A stretch of 17,980 bases of DNA from the NCBI GenBank assembly GCA_046538155.1, contig JBKHJL010000025.1, forward strand, positions 1 through 17,980, given 5' to 3'. This stretch comes from Candidatus Micrarchaeia archaeon. Lineage in GTDB: Archaea > Micrarchaeota > Micrarchaeia > Anstonellales > Bilamarchaeaceae. Both the position numbers and the translations under genes were made by a program. The notes beneath the pieces are model-generated. The model ran no database searches. It was not told the origin of the DNA and was given only the letters and a program-made list of their open reading frames with translations. Below are positions 6,801-15,487 of this stretch, piece by piece; the stretch's first letter is position 1; every line of letters starts with the position of its first letter.

Positions 6801-7501
6801 GGTATCTTCACCCCTGCTTTTTCCACTTCAGGCTGGTGGAAAACTTCCTCGTCCCCAAAAGCTTTCTGCATACCGTGGTCAAGTATGAGGAACTTATCTG
6901 CAAATGAAACCAGCATATCAGTATCATGCTCAACCACCACAATAGTATTGCCTTCTTCCCTCAGCTCATCCAGCTTGCGGTAAACCTCCACTGTAGTATG
7001 GTGGTCAAGACTGGCGGTCGGCTCATCCAGCAACAGTACCTCAGGCTTCATTGCAAGCACCGAAGCAATTGCAAGCTTCTGCCTCTGCCCGTGGGAAAGC
7101 ACAAACGGGTCATCCTTCCTGCGGTTCCAGAGCCCCATCATATTCAGGGCCTCTTCTGCCTTTTCTCTAACCACTGCACCAGAACAGCCGTGATTCCTGA
7201 GCCCAAAGCACACTTCATCATAAACGGTTTTGGAAAAAATCTGGTCATTGGGGTCCTGGAAAACAATTCCCACATTCCTGCGCAGGCCATTCCTCTTCTT
7301 GCCGGATATATTTATGCTTCCGGAAAGCTCCCCTTTCTTCATTTTTGGGATTATTCCCTTCAAACAATAGAGCAGGGAAGTCTTACCCGAACCCATGCTC
7401 CCGGAAATCCCCAGCGCCTCGCCTTTTCCGATTGCAAAATCAAGCCCGTCCAGCACCTGGCGATCCTTTATCCGGAGAGAAAAATTTCCAATCTCAATCA
7501 T
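6773..7501 (-). CDS. ecfA: ECF transporter ATPase (A component, CbiO/EcfA-like)
   Basis: Walker A GSMGSGKT, Q-loop VFQDPNDQIF, signature LSHGQRQ, Walker B LLLDEPT and H-switch VEHD. Confidence 0.93.
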   Translation of the reverse strand: MIEIGNFSLRIKDRQVLDGLDFAIGKGEALGISGSMGSGKTSLLYCLKGIIPKMKKGELSGSINISGKKRNGLRRNVGIVFQDPNDQIFSKTVYDEVCFGLRNHGCSGAVVREKAEEALNMMGLWNRRKDDPFVLSHGQRQKLAIASVLAMKPEVLLLDEPTASLDHHTTVEVYRKLDELREEGNTIVVVEHDTDMLVSFADKFLILDHGMQKAFGDEEVFHQPEVEKAGVKIPWGLREEKG

Positions 7502-8250
7502 TCAGAATACCTCTTCACCAGCCCGAAATAATAGGCAGGAATCCAGGCAAATGCAAAATCCACGACAGACTGGATTATGTTCCAGAAGAAAATCACAAAC
7601 CATCCCATCCCGCTGCCGAAAAGAGGCAGAACCAGCTGGTCAAGCGAAGCGATGAATTCTGCAGAGCTCACATGGAAGAAAACGGGCCCTGCAAAATAAA
7701 GGTTTGAAAGCGTCATGATTATGCTTCTGGAAAGCGCTGCAAGCAGGAGGGCGAGCCCGGCAACCGGAAGTGCCCGCAGGTCCACTCTTCCCCCTTTCCG
7801 GGCCATCCAGTACCCTATTACTATTACAAGGAGGAGGGGAACCACCCCTGCAAGGAACTCCAGTCCTTCCATTTTTGCAAACTCGGTTGAAACTGCAAAG
7901 AGGGCAAGCATCCCCAGCACAACGGCCACAACCCCAACAATATCACCGAAAACTGTTTTCTGCCGGGCAATCAGGTAGGGGACAACCACCATTGGAATAG
8001 TTGCGGACATCTTCATTAGGGCTCCCACATAACCTGTAGGCGAGGTTGCCAGAATTATCAGAGTAAGTAATGCAACCACAGTCATTGCATACTCCGCACC
8101 AAGCACAAACAGCGCAATGAGTACTGGAACGGCTGCAAGGTCTACTGTCATGCCAAAACCTGTGGGAATTCCCACTATTCCATTTGAAATCTGGAGAATA
8201 AATGCAAGCGCCGCGAGCAGGGCGGATGCAATAAGCCGGTATGTCTTCAT
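7498..8250 (-). CDS. ECF transporter substrate-binding S component (substrate unknown)
   Basis: Polytopic membrane protein with N-terminal AxxxA (ALLAALAFIL), DLAAVP and a C-terminal WNIIQ helix. First gene of an S-A-T operon, with an ATGA overlap. Confidence 0.8.
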   Translation of the reverse strand: MKTYRLIASALLAALAFILQISNGIVGIPTGFGMTVDLAAVPVLIALFVLGAEYAMTVVALLTLIILATSPTGYVGALMKMSATIPMVVVPYLIARQKTVFGDIVGVVAVVLGMLALFAVSTEFAKMEGLEFLAGVVPLLLVIVIGYWMARKGGRVDLRALPVAGLALLLAALSRSIIMTLSNLYFAGPVFFHVSSAEFIASLDQLVLPLFGSGMGWFVIFFWNIIQSVVDFAFAWIPAYYFGLVKRYSE

Positions 8251-8353
8251 GGAGGATAGCTTTGAACAGGGAACATTTAAACATACCTACAAAAAAATTT
8301 GTAAGGCAAAGCAGTAAATAGTTTAGCTAATATAGTCCGGTGGTGCTGAAGAT

Positions 8354-9070
8354 ATGGACCTGAAGATTCTTGCAGTAGTTCTTGCATTTTCCCTGCTCAT
8401 TGCAGGATGCCCGGGGACCGAAGAAACCGAAACAAAATCAAGCGAAAAGGAAAGCAGCGGGCCTGCGATAAAAGAAGTGGACAAGAGCATTGCAATAGTG
8501 GAGGAGCCCGAAGAGCAGGAAGGGGTCGCTGAAGAGGAAGAACTGGCAGAGAATACCACCATAAGTTTTGACCCTCCGGGACTCGTGATGAAATGCAGCG
8601 GGGAAACCTGCACCAGGTACAGGCTCCTGGACAGGAAAAGCAGCATAGTTGTAACTGCCTTCAACAGTACCAGCTTCCTGGTAGGTAAAGAAAAGGCCCA
8701 CCTGTTTATTTACCCTGAAGGCTGCAATGCAACAGGGGAAACAGAAGCAAACGCATTTTCAGCAGGCGGAAATGAATACTCGTTCAGCCAGAACGACTCA
8801 TATGGAGAAGACTGGGGCGAATACCTGGAATTCCAATCGGAAAATGGAGGGAAAATGACCCTGCACGAAGGGGAAATGAAGAAAGTAGGGGATGAACGGG
8901 TTTTTGCCTGGAAAATTTCAGGAGAAGAGGCAGGATGCAGCACGAGTGCGGAAATATCCATGTTTGAATCCGTGATTACCCTGAACGACTGGGCTGCAGG
9001 AATCGGGGTTGAAAGCAATGAAACTACAGGGGAAATAAGAGTCTCCCGTGTTTCAGTGCAGCTTCCCTAA
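8354..9070 (+). CDS. Acidic lipoprotein / surface protein of unknown function
   Basis: Signal peptide with lipobox LLIAG-C, an acidic linker and a predicted beta-rich body. GGTG SD upstream. Confidence 0.75.
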   Translation: MDLKILAVVLAFSLLIAGCPGTEETETKSSEKESSGPAIKEVDKSIAIVEEPEEQEGVAEEEELAENTTISFDPPGLVMKCSGETCTRYRLLDRKSSIVVTAFNSTSFLVGKEKAHLFIYPEGCNATGETEANAFSAGGNEYSFSQNDSYGEDWGEYLEFQSENGGKMTLHEGEMKKVGDERVFAWKISGEEAGCSTSAEISMFESVITLNDWAAGIGVESNETTGEIRVSRVSVQLP

Positions 9071-10023
9071 ACACAATCAATCCGCTGGTTAGGGGCAGGA
9101 TTCCAGGACTCCGGGGGCTTTGTGCCCTTTTTCTTGTAGATGAGCCCTCCTGCATATGCAATCATAGCCCCATTATCGCGGTTGTATTCATCCGGGGCAA
9201 CCCCAAACTTAACCCCGTCTTCTTTTGCAAGAATATGGAGCATGGACCGGAGCCTCCTGTTCTGGGCAACCCCTCCGCAAACGATTATTCCCCTCCTCCG
9301 GGTGAGGAAAAGGGCCCGCTCAAGGGTTTCGCAGCACATGGAAAACGCGGTTTCCATCAGGGAATATGCAACATCGCGGGCAGGGTGCTCCCTTAGGGCG
9401 CGGGCAGCGGCAGTCTGCAGCCCGGTGAATGAAAGATTTGTGCCCTTTACTGTGTAAGGAAGTTTGACATATCTGCCGCCGCGGGCAAGCTTCTCCAGGG
9501 CAGAGCCATGGGCATAGGCCATCCCTGCTTCACGTGCAAACGTATCAAAAAGATTCCCCAGGCCAATATCCAGGGTTTCCCCGAAAATGCGAAAGCCTGA
9601 TTCCTCCTCTGCAAGAATCTGGGTGTTCCCCCCGCTGACATAAAGCACCAGGGGATTTTTTATCCCTGTGAGATGCTCGGCTATTTTTACATGCGCATAG
9701 GGGTGATTTACCCCGACCAGGGGCTTTGAATATTTAAAGGAAAGGTATTTTGCAGCAGTGCACCCCACGGCAAGGGGCGCCCCTATCCCCGGGCCCTGGG
9801 AAAATGCAACCAGGTCCAGTTCGCCCATAGAAATACCTGCAGAAGAGAGCGATGAAGAGAGAACTTCCGGGAACACTTCTGCATGGTGGTCCGCTGCCTT
9901 GCGGGGAACTATACCCTCGTTTTTGGGCTTGTAAATATTTTGAGCATTGGAAAGAATTTTCCCATTTCTGCAGACACCTATTCCCAGCGTGTGGGCAGTG
10001 CTCTCAATACCAAGTACAAGCAT
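9067..10023 (-). CDS. kae1: tRNA N6-threonylcarbamoyladenosine synthase Kae1 (KEOPS), not fused to Bud32
   Basis: LGIESTAH, SQGPG, VNHPYAH metal-binding motif, LYVSGGNT, GETLDIG, GGVAQN and DNGAMIA. Confidence 0.96.
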   Translation of the reverse strand: MLVLGIESTAHTLGIGVCRNGKILSNAQNIYKPKNEGIVPRKAADHHAEVFPEVLSSSLSSAGISMGELDLVAFSQGPGIGAPLAVGCTAAKYLSFKYSKPLVGVNHPYAHVKIAEHLTGIKNPLVLYVSGGNTQILAEEESGFRIFGETLDIGLGNLFDTFAREAGMAYAHGSALEKLARGGRYVKLPYTVKGTNLSFTGLQTAAARALREHPARDVAYSLMETAFSMCCETLERALFLTRRRGIIVCGGVAQNRRLRSMLHILAKEDGVKFGVAPDEYNRDNGAMIAYAGGLIYKKKGTKPPESWNPAPNQRIDCV

Positions 10024-10733
10024 CAGTACACCCAGAGTATCAGCATTACTGAAAGAAGGTTAAAAATAGCATGCGCAATTATGCAGGGAAGGGGGTCCCG
10101 CAGATAATAGTATGCATTCGCAAGAACGAACCCAAGGAAAAACGCCCCGACAAACTCGGAAACAGAGCCGTATGCTGCATGGATAAGGGAGAAAAGCAGG
10201 GAGGATACCGGAACCCCTATTCTTGGGACAAGGAAAGCGCGGAAAAAGAGCTCTTCTGAAAGCGGGCCAAGGGTGAATGCAATTACCACCAGATAGACAG
10301 GGAGGCCGGAAACAACATCAATTATCTTGGCCTGGTCCCCTATTCCTGCAAAATGGAGGGCAAGATTTACCAGGAAAGATGCAAGGAGCATCAGAAAGAA
10401 TATCCCGATTCCGAATGCAACCCTCTTTGGGAAGCTGCCGCAGCCGCGGATAAGTGCCTTTCTCCTGGGCCAGAGGAAAAAAAGGGCAAATGAAAGGAAG
10501 CTCATGTGGAGGAACAGGGTTGAGATGTGCACAATGCCCATGAGCAGGAAATAGATTATGGAAATTGCAAGGAAAATGGCGGATGACCTTTTTCCAATGA
10601 AATGGAAGATTCCTGCAGTAAACAGAAGAACTACTGCAGCAAGATGGAAATCAGAATAAAGGCCTGAAAAATATGAGGCAATAAGAAAAATCAGCGAAGA
10701 AAAAAACAGAGAAATAAAGTATTGCTTATGCAT
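10023..10733 (-). CDS. CPBP (CAAX/Abi) family intramembrane metalloprotease
   Basis: Motifs EELFFR, FSLIH and HAIFN in a multi-pass membrane protein. Confidence 0.9.
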   Translation of the reverse strand: MHKQYFISLFFSSLIFLIASYFSGLYSDFHLAAVVLLFTAGIFHFIGKRSSAIFLAISIIYFLLMGIVHISTLFLHMSFLSFALFFLWPRRKALIRGCGSFPKRVAFGIGIFFLMLLASFLVNLALHFAGIGDQAKIIDVVSGLPVYLVVIAFTLGPLSEELFFRAFLVPRIGVPVSSLLFSLIHAAYGSVSEFVGAFFLGFVLANAYYYLRDPLPCIIAHAIFNLLSVMLILWVY

Positions 10734-10886
10734 CTACTTCTTCTCGTAATAGCCGCACTTGCCGCAGGAACGCCGGTCCTTGTGCTCAGCAAGATTTACT
10801 CCCGGACCGCATTTGGGGCAGTGCTTGCCTTTCTTGTAAGGCATAGGTGGCTTTTTCTCCTTCTTCTCCTCTTTCTTTTCTGCCAT
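10734..10886 (-). CDS. rps27ae: 30S ribosomal protein S27ae (eS31)
   Basis: Manually translated 50 aa ORF absent from the track: [50 protein letters not shown]. It has a C4 zinc ribbon and a GGTGA SD, and follows S24e. Confidence 0.95.
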   Translation of the reverse strand: MAEKKEEKKEKKPPMPYKKGKHCPKCGPGVNLAEHKDRRSCGKCGYYEKK

Positions 10887-10901
10887 TGGCAATCACCTGC
10901 C

Positions 10902-11375
10902 TTATTCAGGAGGCTTTTCCTCCTTTTTTTCTTCGGGCTCTTCTTTCTTCTCTTCCTTCGCAGGCTCTTCTTTGGGTTTTTCCTGGGGTGCCTCCTCCTT
11001 CTCCTCAGGAGGTTTTTCTTCTTTCTTTTCTTCTTCGGGTTTGCTTTCTTCCTTTTTCTCACCCTCAGGTTCTGCTTCTTCCTTCTTCTCCTCTTTCTCC
11101 CCTATTTTGTTCCTCTTGAGCACGTACTCCTCCTCAATCTCCTTCATCCGCTCAGGAGTCTTGTAGATGTGTGCCCTGAGTGCGACTTCTGTTTTCCCAA
11201 AGCCGGGCTCCACCTTCCGTATAACCATGAGGTCCGGGTTGCAGCCCATCTTCTGGACTATCATGTCGCGCATATCTGCAACCGGGGGCGTTGCGCCCTC
11301 AAATGAAACAACAGCATCAACTTCAGTGCGGTCAAGAAGCTTATTCTCTTTTTTCTCCCTTATCTCAAAATCCAT
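10902..11375 (-). CDS. rps24e: 30S ribosomal protein S24e with a long Glu/Lys/Pro-rich C-terminal tail
   Basis: ENKLLDRTE, GATP, PGFG..A.IY and E.EYVLKRN motifs. Start at ATG 11375 after GGTGA. Confidence 0.93.
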   Translation of the reverse strand: MDFEIREKKENKLLDRTEVDAVVSFEGATPPVADMRDMIVQKMGCNPDLMVIRKVEPGFGKTEVALRAHIYKTPERMKEIEEEYVLKRNKIGEKEEKKEEAEPEGEKKEESKPEEEKKEEKPPEEKEEAPQEKPKEEPAKEEKKEEPEEKKEEKPPE

Positions 11376-11380
11376 GCAAT

Positions 11381-11773
11381 TCACCTTTTTCTAAGAATGG
11401 CTCTCTTGCCCATCGCCTCCATTACCTCAACATCATCTCCTGCATTTACCTCGCCCTGGATTTCATCAGGAATGAGTATTTCAAATGTCTCGTAGCTCTG
11501 GGGGTCCATCACCTGGGCACTATTCCCCGAAACAGAAAGCACCTGGGCAGTTTTGCGTTCAATCATCGGGACTTCCACATCTGCACCCGTATTGGTAAGA
11601 AGATTCCTCTTTTGCCCTGTGAATATATCTGTCGCGACTATCCTGAGCTTTGCAGAACCGTGCTTTCCCGGCTTGGACTTGTCTATGCTTACAATCCTGC
11701 AGGGGGTTCCTTCAATAAGGACATACTTTCCAACCTTAAGCTCTTTTGCAGAAGCAAATATTTTTTCACTCAT
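11381..11773 (-). CDS. eif5a: Translation factor aIF5A (eIF5A)
   Basis: Hypusination motif SKPGKHGSAK and C-terminal OB fold (QVMD..YETFE). Confidence 0.96.
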   Translation of the reverse strand: MSEKIFASAKELKVGKYVLIEGTPCRIVSIDKSKPGKHGSAKLRIVATDIFTGQKRNLLTNTGADVEVPMIERKTAQVLSVSGNSAQVMDPQSYETFEILIPDEIQGEVNAGDDVEVMEAMGKRAILRKR

Positions 11774-11800
11774 GATAATTCACCGAAGAAAACTCAATAG

Positions 11801-11824
11801 TTTTATAACGCTACTGTTTAAAAA
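11801..11824. promoter_or_regulatory. Interleaved divergent TATA boxes for tatD (+) and the eif5a operon (-)
   Basis: TTTTATAA at 11801-11808 on + lies ~25 nt before the tatD ATG, suggesting a leaderless mRNA. TTTTTAAA on - lies at 11817-11824. Confidence 0.5.
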
Positions 11825-11832
11825 GCTTAGAC

Positions 11833-12570
11833 ATGGCAGAAAAAACCCCTGAAGTAACAGTTGTGGATGCCCACTGCCACCTTGACTCATTCAAAAAGAA
11901 GCAGCTGGAAGCCCTTCCCCGGGGAATAATCCCGGTAACCTGCGGATATTCACACTCCTCCAACAAAAAAACAGTGGAGATTGCAAGGGAAATGGGGGTG
12001 CCATTCTGCCTGGGGATTGCCCCGCAAACCGTGCTAAAAGAGGGGAAGGGGGAACTGGGGAAATGGATGCAGTTCATTGCGGACAGCAAGCCAAATGCAG
12101 TGGGGGAGGTGGGGCTGGACCGCTACTGGGGAAAAACCAGGGAAGACTTTGAGCTTGAAGAAGAGGTTTTCCGGGAGATGATTATGCTTGCCCAAAAGCT
12201 GGAGCTCCCCCTTGCCATACATTCCAGGAAAGCGGAGGAATGGTGTCTGGACGTTCTTGAGGATGCGGGCTGGAGAGGCAAATTCATGATGCACTTTTTT
12301 GCAGGGAATCTTGAGGGGGCGAGAAGGGCAGTGGACATGGGAGGAATAATCTCCATAATCGGGCTTCACTCAAAGTACCGCAAAAAAATAATACGGGAGA
12401 TTCCACTGGAAAAGATGGTGGTGGAAACCGATGCACCATACGTTACACGGAATATAGACGGAGTGTTCAAAGCGATTGAATACATCTCTGGGATTACTGG
12501 CCTTCCGGAAAAGGAAGTAGGAGAAATTACTGCAAAAAACGCTTCTGAATTTTTTGGGTTTGAAATCTGA
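11833..12570 (+). CDS. tatD: TatD family metal-dependent DNase/hydrolase
   Basis: DAHCH, GEVGLD, IHSR, MHFF and ETDAP motifs. Confidence 0.93.
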   Translation: MAEKTPEVTVVDAHCHLDSFKKKQLEALPRGIIPVTCGYSHSSNKKTVEIAREMGVPFCLGIAPQTVLKEGKGELGKWMQFIADSKPNAVGEVGLDRYWGKTREDFELEEEVFREMIMLAQKLELPLAIHSRKAEEWCLDVLEDAGWRGKFMMHFFAGNLEGARRAVDMGGIISIIGLHSKYRKKIIREIPLEKMVVETDAPYVTRNIDGVFKAIEYISGITGLPEKEVGEITAKNASEFFGFEI

Positions 12571-12648
12571 TTGGCAAAAAAGGGCAAAAGCAGGAAAGCT
12601 TTTTAATCTTGCCTTATGAAAATAATTTACTTTTTTAGAAGTGATTTG

Positions 12649-13131
12649 ATGGAGATTTTTAAAAAATTTTTTGGAAAAGGCAAACCACAGATTGCCCTTT
12701 TTGTAGACGGCCCCAATGTAATCCGGAAGCAGCTTTCCGTGGATTTGCGGGAAGTCAAAAAGAAGGTTTCGGAATACGGGAACATCCGCTTTGCAAAAAT
12801 CTACCTGGACCAGTATGCCTCCGACAAATTAATTGAAGCAATGGTCAACCAGGGATTTGTCCCCCAGATTACCACCGGGGACGTGGATGTTACCCTTGCA
12901 GTTGAAGCAACCGAGCAAATCGTCAACCCTGACGTGGACATTGTTGCAATAATGTCCAGGGATACTGATTTTATTCCGGTGCTGAACAAGATAAAAGAAC
13001 ACGGGAAGGAAAGCATGGTTGTAGGGGTTGAGCCGGGCTTCAGCGTTGCGCTCAAGAACACTGCAGATTACCTGATAATGGTAAGGGCAAAAGAGCGCAG
13101 CACAGGGGGACGGGCAAAAAAGAAGGCTTAA
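12649..13131 (+). CDS. NYN domain protein (archaeal TIGR00288/LabA-DUF88-like)
   Basis: LFVDGPN, GDVDVTLAVEA, SRDTDF.P and FSVALKNTAD motifs. Start at ATG 12649 after a GTGA SD. Confidence 0.9.
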   Translation: MEIFKKFFGKGKPQIALFVDGPNVIRKQLSVDLREVKKKVSEYGNIRFAKIYLDQYASDKLIEAMVNQGFVPQITTGDVDVTLAVEATEQIVNPDVDIVAIMSRDTDFIPVLNKIKEHGKESMVVGVEPGFSVALKNTADYLIMVRAKERSTGGRAKKKA

Positions 13132-13152
13132 TCTCTTTTTTTCTTTTTTATT
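13132..13152 (+). terminator. Oligo-T archaeal terminator after the NYN gene
   Basis: TCTCTTTTTTTCTTTTTTATT immediately follows the stop codon. Confidence 0.55.
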
Positions 13153-13223
13153 TCGGAAAGATATAATTTGGCAGGCGGGCAGATTTATAAATCTTCTCAA
13201 ATTAACCACCTTTGGTGAACAAA

Positions 13224-13601
13224 TTGCAGAAGAAAATTAAAAAGGCCGAAAAAAATCTCAAGAGGTGGCACGGCGACATTGGGCCGTATGCATACTTCCT
13301 GGGAATTTTAATCGCGCTCTTTGCAGGCTTTGCCCTTATTCCTGAAGCCACATCAATAAGCTTCCTTGCAGCACTGGGGGTTATTGTAGGGCTGCTGAAT
13401 GTGCAGGACCACGAGCTGGAGAAATTCCTGCTTGCATCGCTCACATTCCTATTCTGCGCAGTCAGCCTGAGCAACCTTACCTACCTGATTCCCATGATTG
13501 GGGACCAAATACGCTGGGTACTCTACTACATGACTGCCTTTGCTGCCCCTGCTGCAGCCGTGGTTTCGCTCAAGGCGATACACGAAGCAGGGCAGGAATA
13601 A
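13224..13601 (+). CDS. Small four-helix membrane protein of unknown function
   Basis: Four hydrophobic segments and the motif GVIVGLLNV...E...FL. Has its own TATA box (TTTATAAA, ~13183-13190). The start is uncertain: TTG 13224 after GGTGA, or 13212/13215. Confidence 0.7.
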   Translation: MQKKIKKAEKNLKRWHGDIGPYAYFLGILIALFAGFALIPEATSISFLAALGVIVGLLNVQDHELEKFLLASLTFLFCAVSLSNLTYLIPMIGDQIRWVLYYMTAFAAPAAAVVSLKAIHEAGQE

Positions 13602-13637
13602 ACCTCTTTTCTTTTTTCTTATTTTCCGGGGATTCAG

Positions 13638-14282
13638 ATGGATCATGCAAAAATACTCAGGATAATGGAAGAGGAGGGGAAAAAGAGGGGTGCCCCGGTA
13701 TACAAAAAAGACCGCATAATAAAAACGCCCTTCCAGGCGCTTATCTTTACCCTGCTCTCCGCCCGGGCAAGGGACGCGGGCACAATAAAAGTCTGCGATG
13801 AGCTTTTCAGCAAAGCGGATTCCCCTGCAAAAATAGCTGAGATGGATGAGGAGGAACTACGAAAAATTCTGAGGTCCATAGGATTCTACAGGGAAAAGGC
13901 AAAGAGGGTACTGGCGGCTTCCCGCAGGATACTCGGGGAATTTGGAGGAAAGGTTCCGGGTACCAGGGAAAAGCTGATGGAGCTTCCCGGGGTGGGGAGA
14001 AAAACTGCAAACATAATTCTGAACAGGGAATTCGGAAAGCCCGCGCTTGCAGTGGATGTGCATGTGCACAGGATTGCAAACCGCCTTGGATGGATGAAAA
14101 CAAAAAAAGCACCGGATACGGAAAAGAGGCTGGTAGAACTGCTCCCGGAAAAACTGGTTCGCAGATGCAACAGGGCGATGGTGGGATATGGGCAGACAAT
14201 ATGCATCCCGAGGAATCCAAAATGCAGAGAGTGCAGGGTAATCAAGTACTGCAAAAGAGTGGGACTGCCTGAATTGGACTAG
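13638..14282 (+). CDS. nth: Endonuclease III (HhH-GPD DNA glycosylase, 4Fe-4S)
   Basis: HhH motif LPGVGRKTAN, VDVHVHR and the C-x6-C-x2-C-x5-C cluster (CIPRNPKCRECRVIKYC). Confidence 0.95.
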   Translation: MDHAKILRIMEEEGKKRGAPVYKKDRIIKTPFQALIFTLLSARARDAGTIKVCDELFSKADSPAKIAEMDEEELRKILRSIGFYREKAKRVLAASRRILGEFGGKVPGTREKLMELPGVGRKTANIILNREFGKPALAVDVHVHRIANRLGWMKTKKAPDTEKRLVELLPEKLVRRCNRAMVGYGQTICIPRNPKCRECRVIKYCKRVGLPELD

Positions 14283-15154
14283 CCGATTTGGGCCTCAAAA
14301 ACAAGATGGTTCTTACCTATATGCTGCAGGATAGCCGATGCATCTTTTTTGCTCTCCAGAAGGGCAATTGCACATCCTCCTCCTCCCGCACCCGTAAGTT
14401 TTGCCCCGAGTGCACCCTCATCCCTGAAAATCTCAATGAGACCTTCAAGCTCAGATGAAGAAACTCCAATCCGGCGCAGATACTCCTGGTTCCTGTTCAT
14501 CAGGCGGCCCACCAGCGGGAGGTCCCCCTGCTCAAGCGCGCGTTTTGCATTCATCACAAGCGCCTCTTCCTTTTCCATCAAATCAGAGAAATGCTCCGGC
14601 TTCTCACCCTTGAGCAGAGAAACGCCTGCAACAAGCTCCTTTGTAGAGCCCGTCTCCCCGCTGTCCGCAACAACAACATGAAGAGGCTCTGCGAGCTCTA
14701 CCGGAAGTGGCTCCTCGTCCCTGCGGAAAAGTACCACTCCCTTCTGGGATGAAAGAGTGTTGTCTATTCCTGAAGGATTCCCGTGGAAAACCTTTTCCCC
14801 TTCATAAGCATGATGGGAAATCTCCCTCCACCCCGGGGAAATCCCTTTCTCAGCTGCAGCTGCGCGGGAAAGTGCAACCGAGTATGCTGCGCTCCAGCCC
14901 AGACCTGCTCCGCTCGGGATATCTGTATCAACTTCAATGCGGTAATTTTCAGGAAGGGAAAAAGAAGAGAAAATAGCCCGTGAGGCTTCCAGCACTATTG
15001 AACTTGTTTCAATATTCAGGGAAATCTTTTCCGCAGGGGAAATCTTTACCCTGAGCTCCTTTGAAAAGGATGCCCCCAGGGCATGCGTGCCATGGACAAC
15101 AAAATGCTCACCGAACAAAATGGCTTTGGCAAAGCCGGTGCCTTCCCCCATCAT
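14279..15154 (-). CDS. mvk: Mevalonate kinase (GHMP family)
   Basis: KAILFGEHFVVHG, IPSGAGLGWSAA, HGNPSGID and GAKLTGAGGGG motifs. Confidence 0.9.
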   Translation of the reverse strand: MMGEGTGFAKAILFGEHFVVHGTHALGASFSKELRVKISPAEKISLNIETSSIVLEASRAIFSSFSLPENYRIEVDTDIPSGAGLGWSAAYSVALSRAAAAEKGISPGWREISHHAYEGEKVFHGNPSGIDNTLSSQKGVVLFRRDEEPLPVELAEPLHVVVADSGETGSTKELVAGVSLLKGEKPEHFSDLMEKEEALVMNAKRALEQGDLPLVGRLMNRNQEYLRRIGVSSSELEGLIEIFRDEGALGAKLTGAGGGGCAIALLESKKDASAILQHIGKNHLVFEAQIG

Positions 15155-15483
15155 TCCTCTCCGCCCTGGAGGGCAATGATTGCTTCTGCAATGTCCCCCC
15201 CTGAATCCTTAAGGGCTTCTTCGGCCTTTCCCCTCTCCGCGCCTGTTTTCTCCATCACCAGCTCCACATCCGCCTGGTTGAGGGACTGCTCGGTGCGGAC
15301 CTGGCCGCTTATCTGGAAGGAATCCTGCCCCTGCATACTTATCCTGGTTACCTGGGCAGGCTCCACAACTATCTTCTCGTCTTCCGTTTCAATTATTACC
15401 CGCTGGGCAGACACCTCCTGGGTGTTTATGCCCATCTGCTTCATCATCCTCTGCATCTGCTTAGGGTCCATATTAGGCATCAT
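15151..15483 (-). CDS. nac: Archaeal nascent polypeptide-associated complex protein
   Basis: MDPKQMQRMMKQMGI N-terminus and UBA-like C-terminus DVELVMEKTG..GDIAEAI. Start at ATG 15483 or 15480. Confidence 0.93.
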   Translation of the reverse strand: MMPNMDPKQMQRMMKQMGINTQEVSAQRVIIETEDEKIVVEPAQVTRISMQGQDSFQISGQVRTEQSLNQADVELVMEKTGAERGKAEEALKDSGGDIAEAIIALQGGEE

Positions 15484-15487
15484 AGTA

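Noticed and set aside
10722..11306. 194 aa Leu/Phe-rich plus-strand ORF and the 88 aa Arg/Lys-rich ORF at 10796-11062
   Set aside because: These are antisense and alternate-frame shadows of the GAA/AAG-rich S24e tail and S27ae.
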